Shown here one piece after another: positions 36,627 to 46,711 of a DNA stretch of 64,000 nt. A program made the translations under genes and the position numbers. The notes below the pieces were generated by a model. The model saw only the letters and a list, made by a program, of their open reading frames with translations. It searched no databases and was not told where the DNA came from. The DNA lies in assembly GCA_046313635.1 (NCBI GenBank), contig JBKBYA010000002.1, positions 128,001 to 192,000 on the forward strand, in the 5' to 3' direction. Source of the DNA: Pyrinomonadaceae bacterium. GTDB taxonomy: Bacteria > Acidobacteriota > Blastocatellia > Pyrinomonadales > Pyrinomonadaceae. How positions within the stretch are numbered: the stretch's first letter is position 1; each line of letters opens with the position of its first letter.

Positions 36627-37520
36627 ATGCCAGAAGGTATCGTCGAGACCACAAACAACGAAATAACAGGCCGCGAAGAGAAGGCTCTTGTTCCCAGCGA
36701 TCAGGAGCTTTCTCTGCTCACGGCGACCGAGCGTGCGGGCTTTCGGCTTGCGCACCGGATGAATCTCGGCGCTTGGAAGAGGTTTTGGACATTCTGCCAG
36801 CGGCACATCGGCTCGCTCTGGATCTATCTCGCGACGTACAACCTGATGAACGTCTATGGGCTCGAGCACATCGAGCGGACCGACGTGTCGCGCCCGCTGC
36901 TGCTCGTCGCGAATCACCGCTCGTTCTTTGATATGTACACGGTGTCGTCGGTGCTCTTTCGTCGGACGCGGCGGCCGATGGAGCTGTACTTTCCGGTGCG
37001 TGCAAAGTTCTTTTACGACCGGCCGCTCGGGTGGTTCGTCAACTTCGTCATGGGCTGGTTCTCGATGTACCCGCCGTTCTTTCGCGAGGCGAAAGAGGCG
37101 CAGAAGCGTGAATTCGACAAGTACTCGCTCAGCCGTTTGATCCAGCTCTGCTCGGTCGGGCGTGCCCACATTGTCGGCTTTCATCCCGAAGGCAAGCGCA
37201 ACCTCAACAGCGACCCGTACTCTTTTCTCCCGGCGCAGCCCGGCATCGGCAAGATCGTCATGGCCGCCCGACCGCAGGTCGTGCCCGTCTTTATCGCAGG
37301 GCTCGGCAACGATCTGGTAAAGCAGGTGCTCGGCAACTGGCGCGGCGGCGAGCAGATCCGCATCCGATTTGGCGAGCCGCTCGACCTGACCGAATTTTAC
37401 GAGCGCGGCGACCGGCTGAGGACGCACAAGGAGATCGCAGACTTCCTGATGACGAAGATCGCCGAGCTGGCCGAAGAGGACCGCCGAGAATTTGCCGATC
37501 AGGCGTCCCCGACCTCATAA
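36627..37520 (+). CDS. Lysophospholipid / 1-acyl-glycerol-3-phosphate acyltransferase family protein
   Basis: ANHRSFFD (HX4D), FHPEGKR, VVPVFI, IRFGEP. Confidence 0.88.
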   Translation: MPEGIVETTNNEITGREEKALVPSDQELSLLTATERAGFRLAHRMNLGAWKRFWTFCQRHIGSLWIYLATYNLMNVYGLEHIERTDVSRPLLLVANHRSFFDMYTVSSVLFRRTRRPMELYFPVRAKFFYDRPLGWFVNFVMGWFSMYPPFFREAKEAQKREFDKYSLSRLIQLCSVGRAHIVGFHPEGKRNLNSDPYSFLPAQPGIGKIVMAARPQVVPVFIAGLGNDLVKQVLGNWRGGEQIRIRFGEPLDLTEFYERGDRLRTHKEIADFLMTKIAELAEEDRREFADQASPTS

Positions 37521-37575
37521 CCCGTTGGCACGTCACACTTGTCAGCCCCGCCGCCCGATCCCATACTGAAAAAAC

Positions 37576-39234
37576 GTGGAAGGAAACGCTGAATCGATCG
37601 CAGACGACGCATCGCGCCCGGCGCTGCAGATGTCCAGCGCACGCCGCTGGGCCGTGACGGCGGGCGTGATGACGGGAATGTTCATCGCTGCGCTCGAGGC
37701 AACTGTGGTCGGCACGGCGATGCCCACGGTGATCGCGACGCTCGGCGGCATCAGTCATTACAGCTGGGTATTCTCGGCCTACATCGTCACATCAACCGTG
37801 ACCGTGCCCGTCTGGGGCAAGCTGTCGGACATCTACGGCAGGCGGCTGATGTACCAGGTCGGGATCGGCGTCTTTCTGCTCGGCACGCTGCTGTCCGGAA
37901 TGTCGACGTCGATGACGCGGCTGATCGTCTTTCGCGCCATTCAAGGCCTCGGTGCCGGAGCTCTGGTGCCGCTTGGAATGACGATCATCGGCGATACCTT
38001 CACGGTGCAGGAGCGAGCGAAGATGCAGGCGTACTTCAGCAGCGTCTGGGGGTTTTCGAGCGTGATCGGGCCGGTGATCGGCGGATTTCTGACCGACCAG
38101 CTGTCGTGGCGATGGGTGTTTTTTATCAACCTGCCGGTCGGCGTCGTGGCCGCGATCATCATCGGTCTCGCGCTCAAGGAGCCGGCGCGGCACGAGAAGC
38201 CCGCGATCGATTATGCCGGAGCGGGACTGCTGATGCTGGCGATCAGTCTGCTGATGCTGGCGATGGTCGAGGGCGGCACCTCGCTCGCGGCGCTCGTCTC
38301 GCCGCGGAGCCTCGTACTCTTTGCCGCGGGGTTTGTCTTGCTCGGCATCTTTGCGTGGGTCGAGACGCGGGCCACAGACCCGATCATTCCGTTCCAGATG
38401 TTTCGCAACCGCACGGTCGCGGTGTCGGTCGGGGCGGGATTTCTCGCGGGTGTGGCGATGTTCGGCGCGATCTCGTTCATTCCGCTGTTTGCGCAGGGCT
38501 CGCTGGGAATGTCGGCGACCGAGGCCGGCTCGCTGCTGACGCCGCTCATGCTGAGCTGGGTCGCGATGTCGGTCGTCGGCGGCCGGCTGCTGCTGCGAAC
38601 GTCGTATCGCAGAGTGACGATCGCCGGGTTTGTGCTGCTAACGATCGGTTTCATTCTGCTCGCGAGCTTTGGCCGGCAAACACCGCGGATCTGGCTTTAT
38701 GTCGAGCTGGCGATGATCGGCGCCGGGCTGGGCTTTACGATGCTGACTCTTTTGATCGCGGTGCAGCAGGCGGTCGAGCGTTCGCAGTTGGGCATCGCGA
38801 CGGCGCTGAATCAATTCTCTCGCGCGATCGGCGGAGCGTTCGGCGTGGCGGTGATGGGTGTCGCTCTGACGGCCGGGCTGGCGACCCGGCTCGCTGAGGC
38901 CGCGCATCTGCCGGGCAGCCGATTCACGCCTGCACAGGCCGAAGAGTTCGCTTCAAACCCAAACGCCCTTATCGAGCCGTCGGCGAAGGCCAGTCTCGAT
39001 CCTCAAACGCTCGACGTGCTGCAGGAAGCGATGGCCGAGGCGATCCATCCGGTCTTCTGGGTCGGCGCCGCGGTATCGGTCCTCGCACTGCTCGTCGCGA
39101 TGCTGCTGCCCGCCGCGCGGACCGGCGATCTGCAGTCGCCGCACCGCACCGACGGCGGCGTCGGCGAGAGAATGCTGATGGCCGAGCATACGACGATCGA
39201 CCCCGACAACGAGCCATCAAGCCGTGGCGGTTGA
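37576..39234 (+). CDS. MFS drug:H+ antiporter (DHA2/EmrB-like)
   Basis: ALEATVVGTAMP, GKLSDIYGRR, FRAIQGLGAG, WRWVFFINLPVG; about 14 TM. Start codon uncertain. Confidence 0.92.
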   Translation: MEGNAESIADDASRPALQMSSARRWAVTAGVMTGMFIAALEATVVGTAMPTVIATLGGISHYSWVFSAYIVTSTVTVPVWGKLSDIYGRRLMYQVGIGVFLLGTLLSGMSTSMTRLIVFRAIQGLGAGALVPLGMTIIGDTFTVQERAKMQAYFSSVWGFSSVIGPVIGGFLTDQLSWRWVFFINLPVGVVAAIIIGLALKEPARHEKPAIDYAGAGLLMLAISLLMLAMVEGGTSLAALVSPRSLVLFAAGFVLLGIFAWVETRATDPIIPFQMFRNRTVAVSVGAGFLAGVAMFGAISFIPLFAQGSLGMSATEAGSLLTPLMLSWVAMSVVGGRLLLRTSYRRVTIAGFVLLTIGFILLASFGRQTPRIWLYVELAMIGAGLGFTMLTLLIAVQQAVERSQLGIATALNQFSRAIGGAFGVAVMGVALTAGLATRLAEAAHLPGSRFTPAQAEEFASNPNALIEPSAKASLDPQTLDVLQEAMAEAIHPVFWVGAAVSVLALLVAMLLPAARTGDLQSPHRTDGGVGERMLMAEHTTIDPDNEPSSRGG

Positions 39235-39238
39235 CCGT

Positions 39239-42200
39239 TCAGGGCTTGTAAAAGTCAAAGCTCGGCACCTCGCCGCGTCTGATCTGGTCCTGCCATTTCC
39301 TGAGAGCTTTGACCTGATCGGCGTACAGCTCCTTTTCGTTGCGCAGATTCCAAAGTTCGCCGCACAACTTGAGGTACTCGAGAACGGCGTCCTTTTCGCC
39401 GGCGGCGAGCAGCTCGCGGGCGAGCGCGGTGTCGATCTCGGGCAGCCAGCTCGTCGCCTTTCTGAGCGGTGCGCGGATCGCGATCAGCAGATGCTCGGCG
39501 GCCTTTTTTCGATCGTTCTGCCGGAGCGCGGCCCTGCCGAGAACGATATTGCCGATGTGGGCGGCGCTGTCGTAGTTTGCCGAGCGAGCGTCCTGGCCAT
39601 GGTCGAGGACAAGTTCGGTCGCGAGCTTTACGGCGAGATCGTTCTCGCCGAGCTCGAGTGCCGAGCGTGAGATCGTTTCGAGCAGCCTGGCGCGAAGCTC
39701 GTCGCGCTCGTCGGACCGCTCGGTCTTGAGCAGCTCGAGCGCCTTTTGGCCGTAGCGAAGATTCTTCGCAAGCCGCTCCCTTCGGGCCGCGTCGGGCTCG
39801 CTCGCATCCTTGCGCGTCTCGAACATCTTCGACAGTTCGAGCGGGAAGAGATACTGCGACGGATCGAGCGCGATCCCGTCGGTAAGTATCTTTTCGGCGG
39901 CCGCGGGGTCGTGATCCTTGACGAACTCAAACGCGTTGAGCCGCACGTGCGGATCGGCGACGTTGTTTTCGACGGCAGCCGTCCAGATCGGAAGAAGCGT
40001 CTTGAACTCGGCCGCGGTCGGTCTAAAGTTCGAATTGACGCCGAATATGTCGAACGCGCTCATCTCCGGCCGGTTCTCGACGAACCAGACGTAATGCCGC
40101 AGCCGCGCTGCGGCGCGCTTTGGCGTGTCGCGATATTTGTAAGAGCTGTAGTGGCGGATGAGGTCGCGTCTTGCCTCGAGGTCGTTCGGGCTGGCCGCGA
40201 GCGAACTCTCGAGACGCGTCACCTGGGCGGGCGAGAGCGTCTTTTCGGCGAACCGCTCCATCATCCGCGCCTGCAGGCTTTTCTCGTCGGTCTTCGGCGC
40301 AGGAGCATTTGACGACGTCCGCAGACTCGAGACGACGCGGGCTGTCGCCGCCGGAGCGATGTAATCGACGGTGATGTTGTAATTCTCGACGAGCCGGGCG
40401 ATGAGGTCCTTAAGCAAAGGATACTCGGCGGCGGTGACGACATCGCGGTTGACGACGAGCTCGCGGCTCGCCTTTGCCTTGCCGCCCTCGAGCCTTATCT
40501 CACGCCGGTAGAGACCGACCGAATTTTTGACTTCGAAGACAGGTGCCGACGGCTCTCGGGGCTCGACGCCGTCGGGCAGGGTTATCGTAAAGTCCTCGCG
40601 AAACCGCATCGCGCCGATCGGAATGTCGGTGCGGCGCGAGTCGGCCTTGGTCAGGATCTCGAGCGCCAGCGGATTGTTGAGGTTCAGAGCCGCGGGCAAA
40701 GTGAACGAGCCCGCCCGTCCGATCGTCGTGACGTCGCGGAGCTCGACCTCGAGATCCACCATAAAGGGCTCGCCCACCTTAAAGGGATCGGCCACGCTGA
40801 CGATGCGTCCCGTGCCGTTCTGTCCAAAGTAGGAGAGCATCGTCGCGACAAAGACATCCGACGATCGCTTGATCGACGAGTCGCTGAACATCGGACGAAA
40901 AAGGATCTCGGTCTTGCCGACGTAGCGGTTTCGAACGGCGGCCTTGACCGCGCCGTCGGCGGTCAGCGTCACGTCGGTCGTGCTTACGAGCTGGCTCTCG
41001 TCCGGACGGTCGCCCGGCGTCTGCGCGATCCAGACCTTTTTGCCTGTGACGAGTGCCTTTTTGCCTGCGATCGATTGCGGGATCAGGCCGAGGCGCGTAT
41101 TTGCGGCGGTCGCGTCGGCATAGAGATCGAGGCTCGGGATATAGAGCACGGCGTGATTGAAGTACGACGAGACCGGCACCGACGGGAACCAGCGCGACAG
41201 GTCAGAGCGGATCAGAACGGGACCGCTCTCGATGTATTTGGCGCGCAGCAGCGCGTAGAGCAGCGTCGAATAATCCTTGCAGTCGCCGTAGCGATCCGCG
41301 AGTATCTCGGTCGTACTGCGGGGAACCCAGCCGCCGCGGTCGAGCACGATCGAGAGGTAGCGGATGTTCTTGTTGACCCAGAGATAAATGTCGTAGGCCT
41401 GCTGCTCGGGCGTCTTCGCGTTCTTGGTGATCTCGTCGGCGAGAGCCTGCACTTCGGGCGTCACCGCGGCCTTTCGCTCGAGCTCGTTCCAGAAGGCCGC
41501 GCCCAGCTCGTCAAAACTTTTGAAGGTCGTCAAAGCGAGCCGCGGGCTCGGTGTAAGGTGGTCGAGAAAGATCTCTTCGATAGGTAGTGCCTTAAGGTCT
41601 TTCAGCGTCCATCGCCAGCGAGAGCGGCCGGCGCCGGCAGTGTCGGGCAGCTTGCCGCCCTCGAGTCCGATCGCCTCGAACTGAAGCGGGAGATCGGTCG
41701 GTGCTGTCAGATCGATCACGACATTCTTCCAGCCGAAGGCGGCGGGGAAGTACATCAGGTCGTCAAACTTGCCGTCGAAGTATGTCTTTTTCGACACGCG
41801 GCGGACCTTTATATGCAGCGCGTCGCCGATCTCGACGCCGCTCGGCGTGACCTCGGCGACCATCAGCGACGAAAAGCCGGGAGCGGCCTCGGCCTGCGCG
41901 GTCCTGTGCACGCGTGCGGACTCGGGAGCCACCGCCCGCCGCGACCCGTCAGGCTTGACGATGTAAACCTCCGAGAGCGTCAGCTCGTCAAGACTGCTGT
42001 TGAATTCCTGCTCGAAGCGCGCGAATGCCTCGACAGCCATCGCCGATTCAAACCGCTGCGTGAATTCGATCGTTCTTGTCGAAGTGCCGTCCGCGTTCAC
42101 GTCGATCGCGACGACATAATTGTCGAATGTGACGCCCGCCGTCAGCGGCTCGGCCTTGGCGGCCGGGGCCGTGCCGGTGATCGAAACGATCTTTTTGGGC

Positions 42201-42313
42201 GGCGGTGCCGTCGGCCGGCGCTGGCCCGGCGCGATGCCGGCGCCGATGGCAAGAATGATCGCTGAGGCCGCGGCCAGAGCCCGAAGGCGCGGGTGGAGGT
42301 ATGGAAGATTCAT
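39239..42313 (-). CDS. Secreted DUF3857 + transglutaminase-like protein with a helical C-terminal region
   Basis: Signal-like N-terminus from ATG 42313; NIRY, YGDCKD catalytic Cys, FNHAV, DAT. Confidence 0.85.
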   Translation of the reverse strand: MNLPYLHPRLRALAAASAIILAIGAGIAPGQRRPTAPPPKKIVSITGTAPAAKAEPLTAGVTFDNYVVAIDVNADGTSTRTIEFTQRFESAMAVEAFARFEQEFNSSLDELTLSEVYIVKPDGSRRAVAPESARVHRTAQAEAAPGFSSLMVAEVTPSGVEIGDALHIKVRRVSKKTYFDGKFDDLMYFPAAFGWKNVVIDLTAPTDLPLQFEAIGLEGGKLPDTAGAGRSRWRWTLKDLKALPIEEIFLDHLTPSPRLALTTFKSFDELGAAFWNELERKAAVTPEVQALADEITKNAKTPEQQAYDIYLWVNKNIRYLSIVLDRGGWVPRSTTEILADRYGDCKDYSTLLYALLRAKYIESGPVLIRSDLSRWFPSVPVSSYFNHAVLYIPSLDLYADATAANTRLGLIPQSIAGKKALVTGKKVWIAQTPGDRPDESQLVSTTDVTLTADGAVKAAVRNRYVGKTEILFRPMFSDSSIKRSSDVFVATMLSYFGQNGTGRIVSVADPFKVGEPFMVDLEVELRDVTTIGRAGSFTLPAALNLNNPLALEILTKADSRRTDIPIGAMRFREDFTITLPDGVEPREPSAPVFEVKNSVGLYRREIRLEGGKAKASRELVVNRDVVTAAEYPLLKDLIARLVENYNITVDYIAPAATARVVSSLRTSSNAPAPKTDEKSLQARMMERFAEKTLSPAQVTRLESSLAASPNDLEARRDLIRHYSSYKYRDTPKRAAARLRHYVWFVENRPEMSAFDIFGVNSNFRPTAAEFKTLLPIWTAAVENNVADPHVRLNAFEFVKDHDPAAAEKILTDGIALDPSQYLFPLELSKMFETRKDASEPDAARRERLAKNLRYGQKALELLKTERSDERDELRARLLETISRSALELGENDLAVKLATELVLDHGQDARSANYDSAAHIGNIVLGRAALRQNDRKKAAEHLLIAIRAPLRKATSWLPEIDTALARELLAAGEKDAVLEYLKLCGELWNLRNEKELYADQVKALRKWQDQIRRGEVPSFDFYKP

Positions 42314-42356
42314 ATTCGTGGTTTGGCGGCGGCCGGGCGCAAGGCGGGCCGGCGGT

Positions 42357-44006
42357 CTATTGGTCCTTTGGGTCGGGCAAACCGCCGGAGCTGCCCGGGC
42401 CCGAAGCCGCGCCGTTAGAGGCCAGCGCCGAATTCTGCTGCTGGGGCGGCTGCCAGCCGGACCTCTCGAGCAGGTCCACGGCAAACTTGATCGGTATCGC
42501 CATATTGGCGGCGGTGTTTTCGGTAAAGACGCCGAAGTTGACGCCGATGACGCGGCCGTTCTGCCCAAAGAGCGGAGCGCCCGAGCCGCCCTCGGCGGTC
42601 TTTGCGTCGTGAACTATGCGCCGCGTCGCGACATCGGTGATAGAGCCCTGCGTGGTCAGCGGCGTGATCTTTTTGGACTGCGCGAGAAAGTTGATCAGAT
42701 TCTGCCGCGAGTTGCCGAATCGCTGGTTGATCGACTTGGCCTCGTCGTCGTCGACCATCGCCAGCAGCCGGTCAGGCCCGCTCGGGTAGCCCATCGTGAC
42801 GACCGTCTTGCCGATCGCTGCGGCGTCCGAATCGGGATCGAGCGGCAGCGACGAGACCTCGCTCGGCAGCGGCTGCGTTGAGAGAGCGACCGCGAGGTCC
42901 TCGCGCGACGACACCTGCTTGAGCGTGATCGGGAAGGGCTGCGAAAAATTTGGAAAGTAAACGACCAACCGCTTGACCCGCGCCCGGCCGTCCGAGTCTT
43001 TGATCATCTGCTTGACGGCGTCGTCCTCGGTCCACGGCTGCACGACGTGGCGGTTGGTGACGATGTAGCCGCCGCCGACATGAAACCCGGTCCCGATAAA
43101 GTCGTATTCGACCGGACTGCCCGCGCCCTCGGTCGTCAGCACGGTCTGCGGCGGGACGTTTTGCGGAATGCCGTCTTCGCTCGGTGACGGCTCGTACGGA
43201 TTGGCGGCCTGAGCCTGCGGGTCCGGGTAGCGGAGCTGCTTGCCGGTTTTGCGATCGACGAGGTCGTACACGCCGACGATCAGGCAAACGCCGTTGCCGT
43301 AGTCGACGCGGATGTTCTGCGCGAGCGAGACCGTCTTGATAAGGTCGGTATTGGTCTTTTCGAGCTGGCCGATCTGGTCGGTCGTGTCGCCGAGGCGCTT
43401 CTCGAGCTGGCGGATGACCTGGCTCTGAGCTTCGGTCGTCTCTCGGCTCTGCTTCAGCTCGCGGCTGACCGAGTAGCCGACATAGAGAGCTCCGTAAATG
43501 AAGGCCGCCAGCAGCACAAAGACGATCGCCTTGGTCGTCCACGAGATCTCGCGGAGAAGCTCGCGCGTGAATTCGCGAAGGAAGGCCTTTGCGTCGTCCC
43601 GCTTGGGCGACTGCCGAGCCTCAAGAGCGGCTTCCTCGATGAAGGGTGCGATCTGAAAGGGCTCGCGATTGGTCGTGATCAGCGCCGAGCGCGTCGAGAG
43701 AGAAAAGAACGAGAACGAGATCTCTGTATTCGGTATGCTGATCGTGTTGCCGTCGGTGACGGCGACGAAGCGGCGGAGCTTTTTGCCGTTGATCTGCAGG
43801 TCGAGTGAGGGATCGAATTCGACGATACGGTAAACGCCGTCCGAATTTTCGAGCTCGAGCCACAGCCCCGCGGTCGAGTCCACCATCCTCGAGTGGATCT
43901 GCAGATCGGCCGATTCGTCAGACCCAATGCGGATCCGCTCGTCCGAAAAAAACTCAGTTCGCTTCTCGGGGCCGACCGTGATGTGAATGATGATGCCGGA
44001 TGTCAT
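42357..44006 (-). CDS. FHA-like domain + TM + coiled coil + trypsin-like serine protease
   Basis: IRIGSDESADL (FHA-like), one TM, GTGF, TNRHVV, DLAV, MGYP, EGGSGAPLF, VIGVNF. Confidence 0.85.
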   Translation of the reverse strand: MTSGIIIHITVGPEKRTEFFSDERIRIGSDESADLQIHSRMVDSTAGLWLELENSDGVYRIVEFDPSLDLQINGKKLRRFVAVTDGNTISIPNTEISFSFFSLSTRSALITTNREPFQIAPFIEEAALEARQSPKRDDAKAFLREFTRELLREISWTTKAIVFVLLAAFIYGALYVGYSVSRELKQSRETTEAQSQVIRQLEKRLGDTTDQIGQLEKTNTDLIKTVSLAQNIRVDYGNGVCLIVGVYDLVDRKTGKQLRYPDPQAQAANPYEPSPSEDGIPQNVPPQTVLTTEGAGSPVEYDFIGTGFHVGGGYIVTNRHVVQPWTEDDAVKQMIKDSDGRARVKRLVVYFPNFSQPFPITLKQVSSREDLAVALSTQPLPSEVSSLPLDPDSDAAAIGKTVVTMGYPSGPDRLLAMVDDDEAKSINQRFGNSRQNLINFLAQSKKITPLTTQGSITDVATRRIVHDAKTAEGGSGAPLFGQNGRVIGVNFGVFTENTAANMAIPIKFAVDLLERSGWQPPQQQNSALASNGAASGPGSSGGLPDPKDQ

Positions 44007-44100
44007 CTAATGCCAAAAGGCGTGCAGCAAGCACAAATTTTAACACGAACCTTTCTGCTTTGATGTGAAGCGCCGGCCTGCGAATGGCAAAATATCGAAG

Positions 44101-44502
44101 ATGTCCGAAAAGAAATTCATAGATGACCGCGGCCAGCTCGAGAGGCTGGCTCCGGTCGCAGCAGCTCCGGTCAGGCGGCACGTGCTGGTCTGTAACGGGA
44201 AGTCGTGCTCGGCCGTCGGCAGCGCCGAGGTCAAGCGGGCGTTTGAGACCGAGCTCGAGTCGCGCGGCCTGCGCTACGGCAAGGCGTCAAAGGGCCGCAA
44301 TCCCGAGGGCCCGGTCGTGCTCACGGACTGCGGCTCGGTCGGCTTCTGCTCGGTGGGCCCGGCAGTGCTCGTCTATCCCGAAGGCGTCTGGTACGCCCAG
44401 GTCTCACCCAAAGACGTCCCCGAGATCGTCGAGTCTCACCTCGAGAACGGCGAGCCGGTCAAGCGGCTCGTGCTGATCGAGCGGTTTGGCGAGGGCGGAT
44501 AG
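44101..44502 (+). CDS. Thioredoxin-like [2Fe-2S] ferredoxin
   Basis: HVLVCNGKSC, CGSVGFCSVGP, VYPEGVWY, IVESHL. Start ATG 44101. Confidence 0.88.
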   Translation: MSEKKFIDDRGQLERLAPVAAAPVRRHVLVCNGKSCSAVGSAEVKRAFETELESRGLRYGKASKGRNPEGPVVLTDCGSVGFCSVGPAVLVYPEGVWYAQVSPKDVPEIVESHLENGEPVKRLVLIERFGEGG

Positions 44503-44597
44503 TCTCGTTTTTTGTGGCAACTTCGCCGGGTGCGTGCCCATCCGTTAGTTTGGTATAAGCGGCGAATCGCCGTTTATTTGGTTTAAGGGGGAGAATT

Positions 44598-45233
44598 ATG
44601 AAGATCGACAAATTGACCAAAGCGGCAGCTCTTTTTTTGGCGGCGGTATTTGTTTTGACCGCGGGTTCGAGCGTCTATGCACAAGGACGCGGACGCGGCG
44701 GCGGCAACGCCGGCGGCAGCAGCCGCGGCGGCGGTCCGCCCGCGACGAGCCCCGGCGTGGACCGCGGCATCTTTACCTCGGACGATCGGTCGGATGGACG
44801 TTCGACGCGAGGTCGCGACACGGCTTCGGAACGCTCGAACGGCCGCTCGGATGACGGCATCGATCGTGCGCGGGCGCGAGGCGAGAATCGAAATTCGCGC
44901 GGCGACGCTCCGATGAACGGCTCGGAGCTTAACCGCTTTCGCGGCATCGCAAAGAAGCTGGGCACGACGCCCGAAAAACTTCGCTCGCAGTACCAAGCGG
45001 CATTGGCCGACGATCCTGATCTCAAATGGGGACAGTTCGTCGCGGCCAACGTCGTCGCTGACAATCTCAGCGGCCGTTATCCGGGCGTGACGGCCTCAGC
45101 TATCCTCGCAGGTTACCGCAGCGGCGACAGCCTCGGCGAAACCCTCCGCAGGCTCCGCGTCCCGAAGGACGAAGCCAAGCGTGCGGAGAAAGAAGCCAAA
45201 CGACACATCCGGGAAGCCGATGACAGAGACTAG
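44598..45233 (+). CDS. Secreted hypothetical protein with a Gly/Arg-rich disordered N-part
   Basis: SD GGGGGAG, signal peptide ending VYA, helical C-domain (KWGQFVAAN..SLGE). Confidence 0.75.
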   Translation: MKIDKLTKAAALFLAAVFVLTAGSSVYAQGRGRGGGNAGGSSRGGGPPATSPGVDRGIFTSDDRSDGRSTRGRDTASERSNGRSDDGIDRARARGENRNSRGDAPMNGSELNRFRGIAKKLGTTPEKLRSQYQAALADDPDLKWGQFVAANVVADNLSGRYPGVTASAILAGYRSGDSLGETLRRLRVPKDEAKRAEKEAKRHIREADDRD

Positions 45234-45255
45234 CCGCGGCATCATCCAAAACAGC

Positions 45256-45292
45256 AAAAGCAGGCCTCGAGCGAGCGCCTGCTTTTCTTTTT
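45256..45292. terminator. Bidirectional terminator
   Basis: aaaagcaggc...gcctgctttt with A and T tracts, between convergent genes. Confidence 0.7.
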
Positions 45293-45306
45293 GCTTAAAA
45301 CGTCAG

Positions 45307-46701
45307 TTAACCGCGCATCTCGCCGAGTATCTGATCGACGACCTTCTTCGCGTCGCCGAAGAGCATCAGCGTATTTTCGCGGTAGAAGAGCGGATTGTCG
45401 ACGCCGGCGTAGCCTGATGCCATCGAGCGTTTCATCACGATGACGTCGCGCGACTCCCAGACGTGCAGCACCGGCATTCCGGCGATCGGCGACGCGGGGT
45501 CGTCCATTGCCGAAGGATTGACGATGTCGTTGGCGCCGATGACCCAGGCGACGTCGGTCGAGCCGAAGTCGTCGTTGATCTCGTCCATCTCAAAGACGAT
45601 GTCGTACGGAATGTTGGCCTCGGCGAGCAGGACGTTCATATGGCCGGGCAGGCGGCCGGCGACCGGGTGGATCGCGAAGCGGACGGTGACACCTTTTTCG
45701 GTCAGGATCTTGACGACCTCGGCGAGCGAATGCTGCGCCTGGGCGACCGCGAGGCCGTAACCGGGAACGATGATCACGCTTCGGGCCTGCTGCAGCAGAT
45801 CGGCCGCGCCGGGTGCTTCGATCGAGCGAACTTCGCCCGCGGGAGCCGAGCCTGCGACCGGTGCGGTGCCGCCTTCGGTGCCGAAGCCGCCCAGGATCAC
45901 GCTGATGAACGAGCGGTTCATGCCTTGGCACATGATGTAGCTGAGGATCGCGCCACTTGACCCGACAAGCGCGCCGGTGATGATGAGCAGGTCGTTCGAG
46001 AGCATAAAGCCCGCGGCAGCCGCCGCCCAGCCCGAATAGCTGTTGAGCATCGAGACGACCACCGGCATATCCGCCCCGCCGATCGCCATTACGAGATGCA
46101 CGCCGATGATCGCGGTAATGATCGTCGCCGCGATGAGCGCCCATTCGCCCGAAGTGCCGGGAGCGGTCATAAAGAAGTATCCGAGCACGACGGTCGCCGC
46201 GAGCATCATCAGATTGACGATGTGCCGGCCCGGGATGAGGAACGGCTTGCCGCCAATAGTGCCCTGCAGCTTGGCGTACGCGATGACCGAGCCGGTGAAG
46301 GTGATCGCGCCGATGCAGACGCCGATGAAGACTTCGGCAAGATGCACGGCGTCATTCGCGCCGGCGTGCCCTCCGGCTCCGCGATAGGTCGCGAATCCCA
46401 CGAGCACCGCCGCCAGACCAACAAAGCTGTGCAGTATCGCCACGAGCTGCGGCATCGACGTCATCTGCACGCGCGAAGCTACGAGCGCTCCGATCGCCGC
46501 GCCGGGGATCAGCACGGCGAGCAGGATCGGATAACTGCTCACGTCCATACGCGCCGCCGTCGCGACGAGCGCGATCGCCATTCCGATGATCCCGTAAAGA
46601 TTCCCCCGCCGCGCCGTCTCCTGCTGAGACAATCCGCCGAGACTGAGGATGAACAATGCACTCGCGGCAATGTAGGCAACTGTGATAAGGCCGTCTTTCA
46701 T
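45307..46701 (-). CDS. pntB: NAD(P) transhydrogenase subunit beta
   Basis: [64 protein letters not shown]. Confidence 0.98.
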   Translation of the reverse strand: MKDGLITVAYIAASALFILSLGGLSQQETARRGNLYGIIGMAIALVATAARMDVSSYPILLAVLIPGAAIGALVASRVQMTSMPQLVAILHSFVGLAAVLVGFATYRGAGGHAGANDAVHLAEVFIGVCIGAITFTGSVIAYAKLQGTIGGKPFLIPGRHIVNLMMLAATVVLGYFFMTAPGTSGEWALIAATIITAIIGVHLVMAIGGADMPVVVSMLNSYSGWAAAAAGFMLSNDLLIITGALVGSSGAILSYIMCQGMNRSFISVILGGFGTEGGTAPVAGSAPAGEVRSIEAPGAADLLQQARSVIIVPGYGLAVAQAQHSLAEVVKILTEKGVTVRFAIHPVAGRLPGHMNVLLAEANIPYDIVFEMDEINDDFGSTDVAWVIGANDIVNPSAMDDPASPIAGMPVLHVWESRDVIVMKRSMASGYAGVDNPLFYRENTLMLFGDAKKVVDQILGEMRG

Positions 46702-46711
46702 TTAACTAGAT

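Noticed and set aside
37526..37542. Sigma54 promoter before the MFS gene (TTGGCACG)
   Set aside because: No TTGC at the required -12 spacing.
42314..42568. 85-aa N-terminal extension of the transglutaminase-like ORF
   Set aside because: Overlaps the protease gene in another frame; a signal-like N-terminus begins at ATG 42313.
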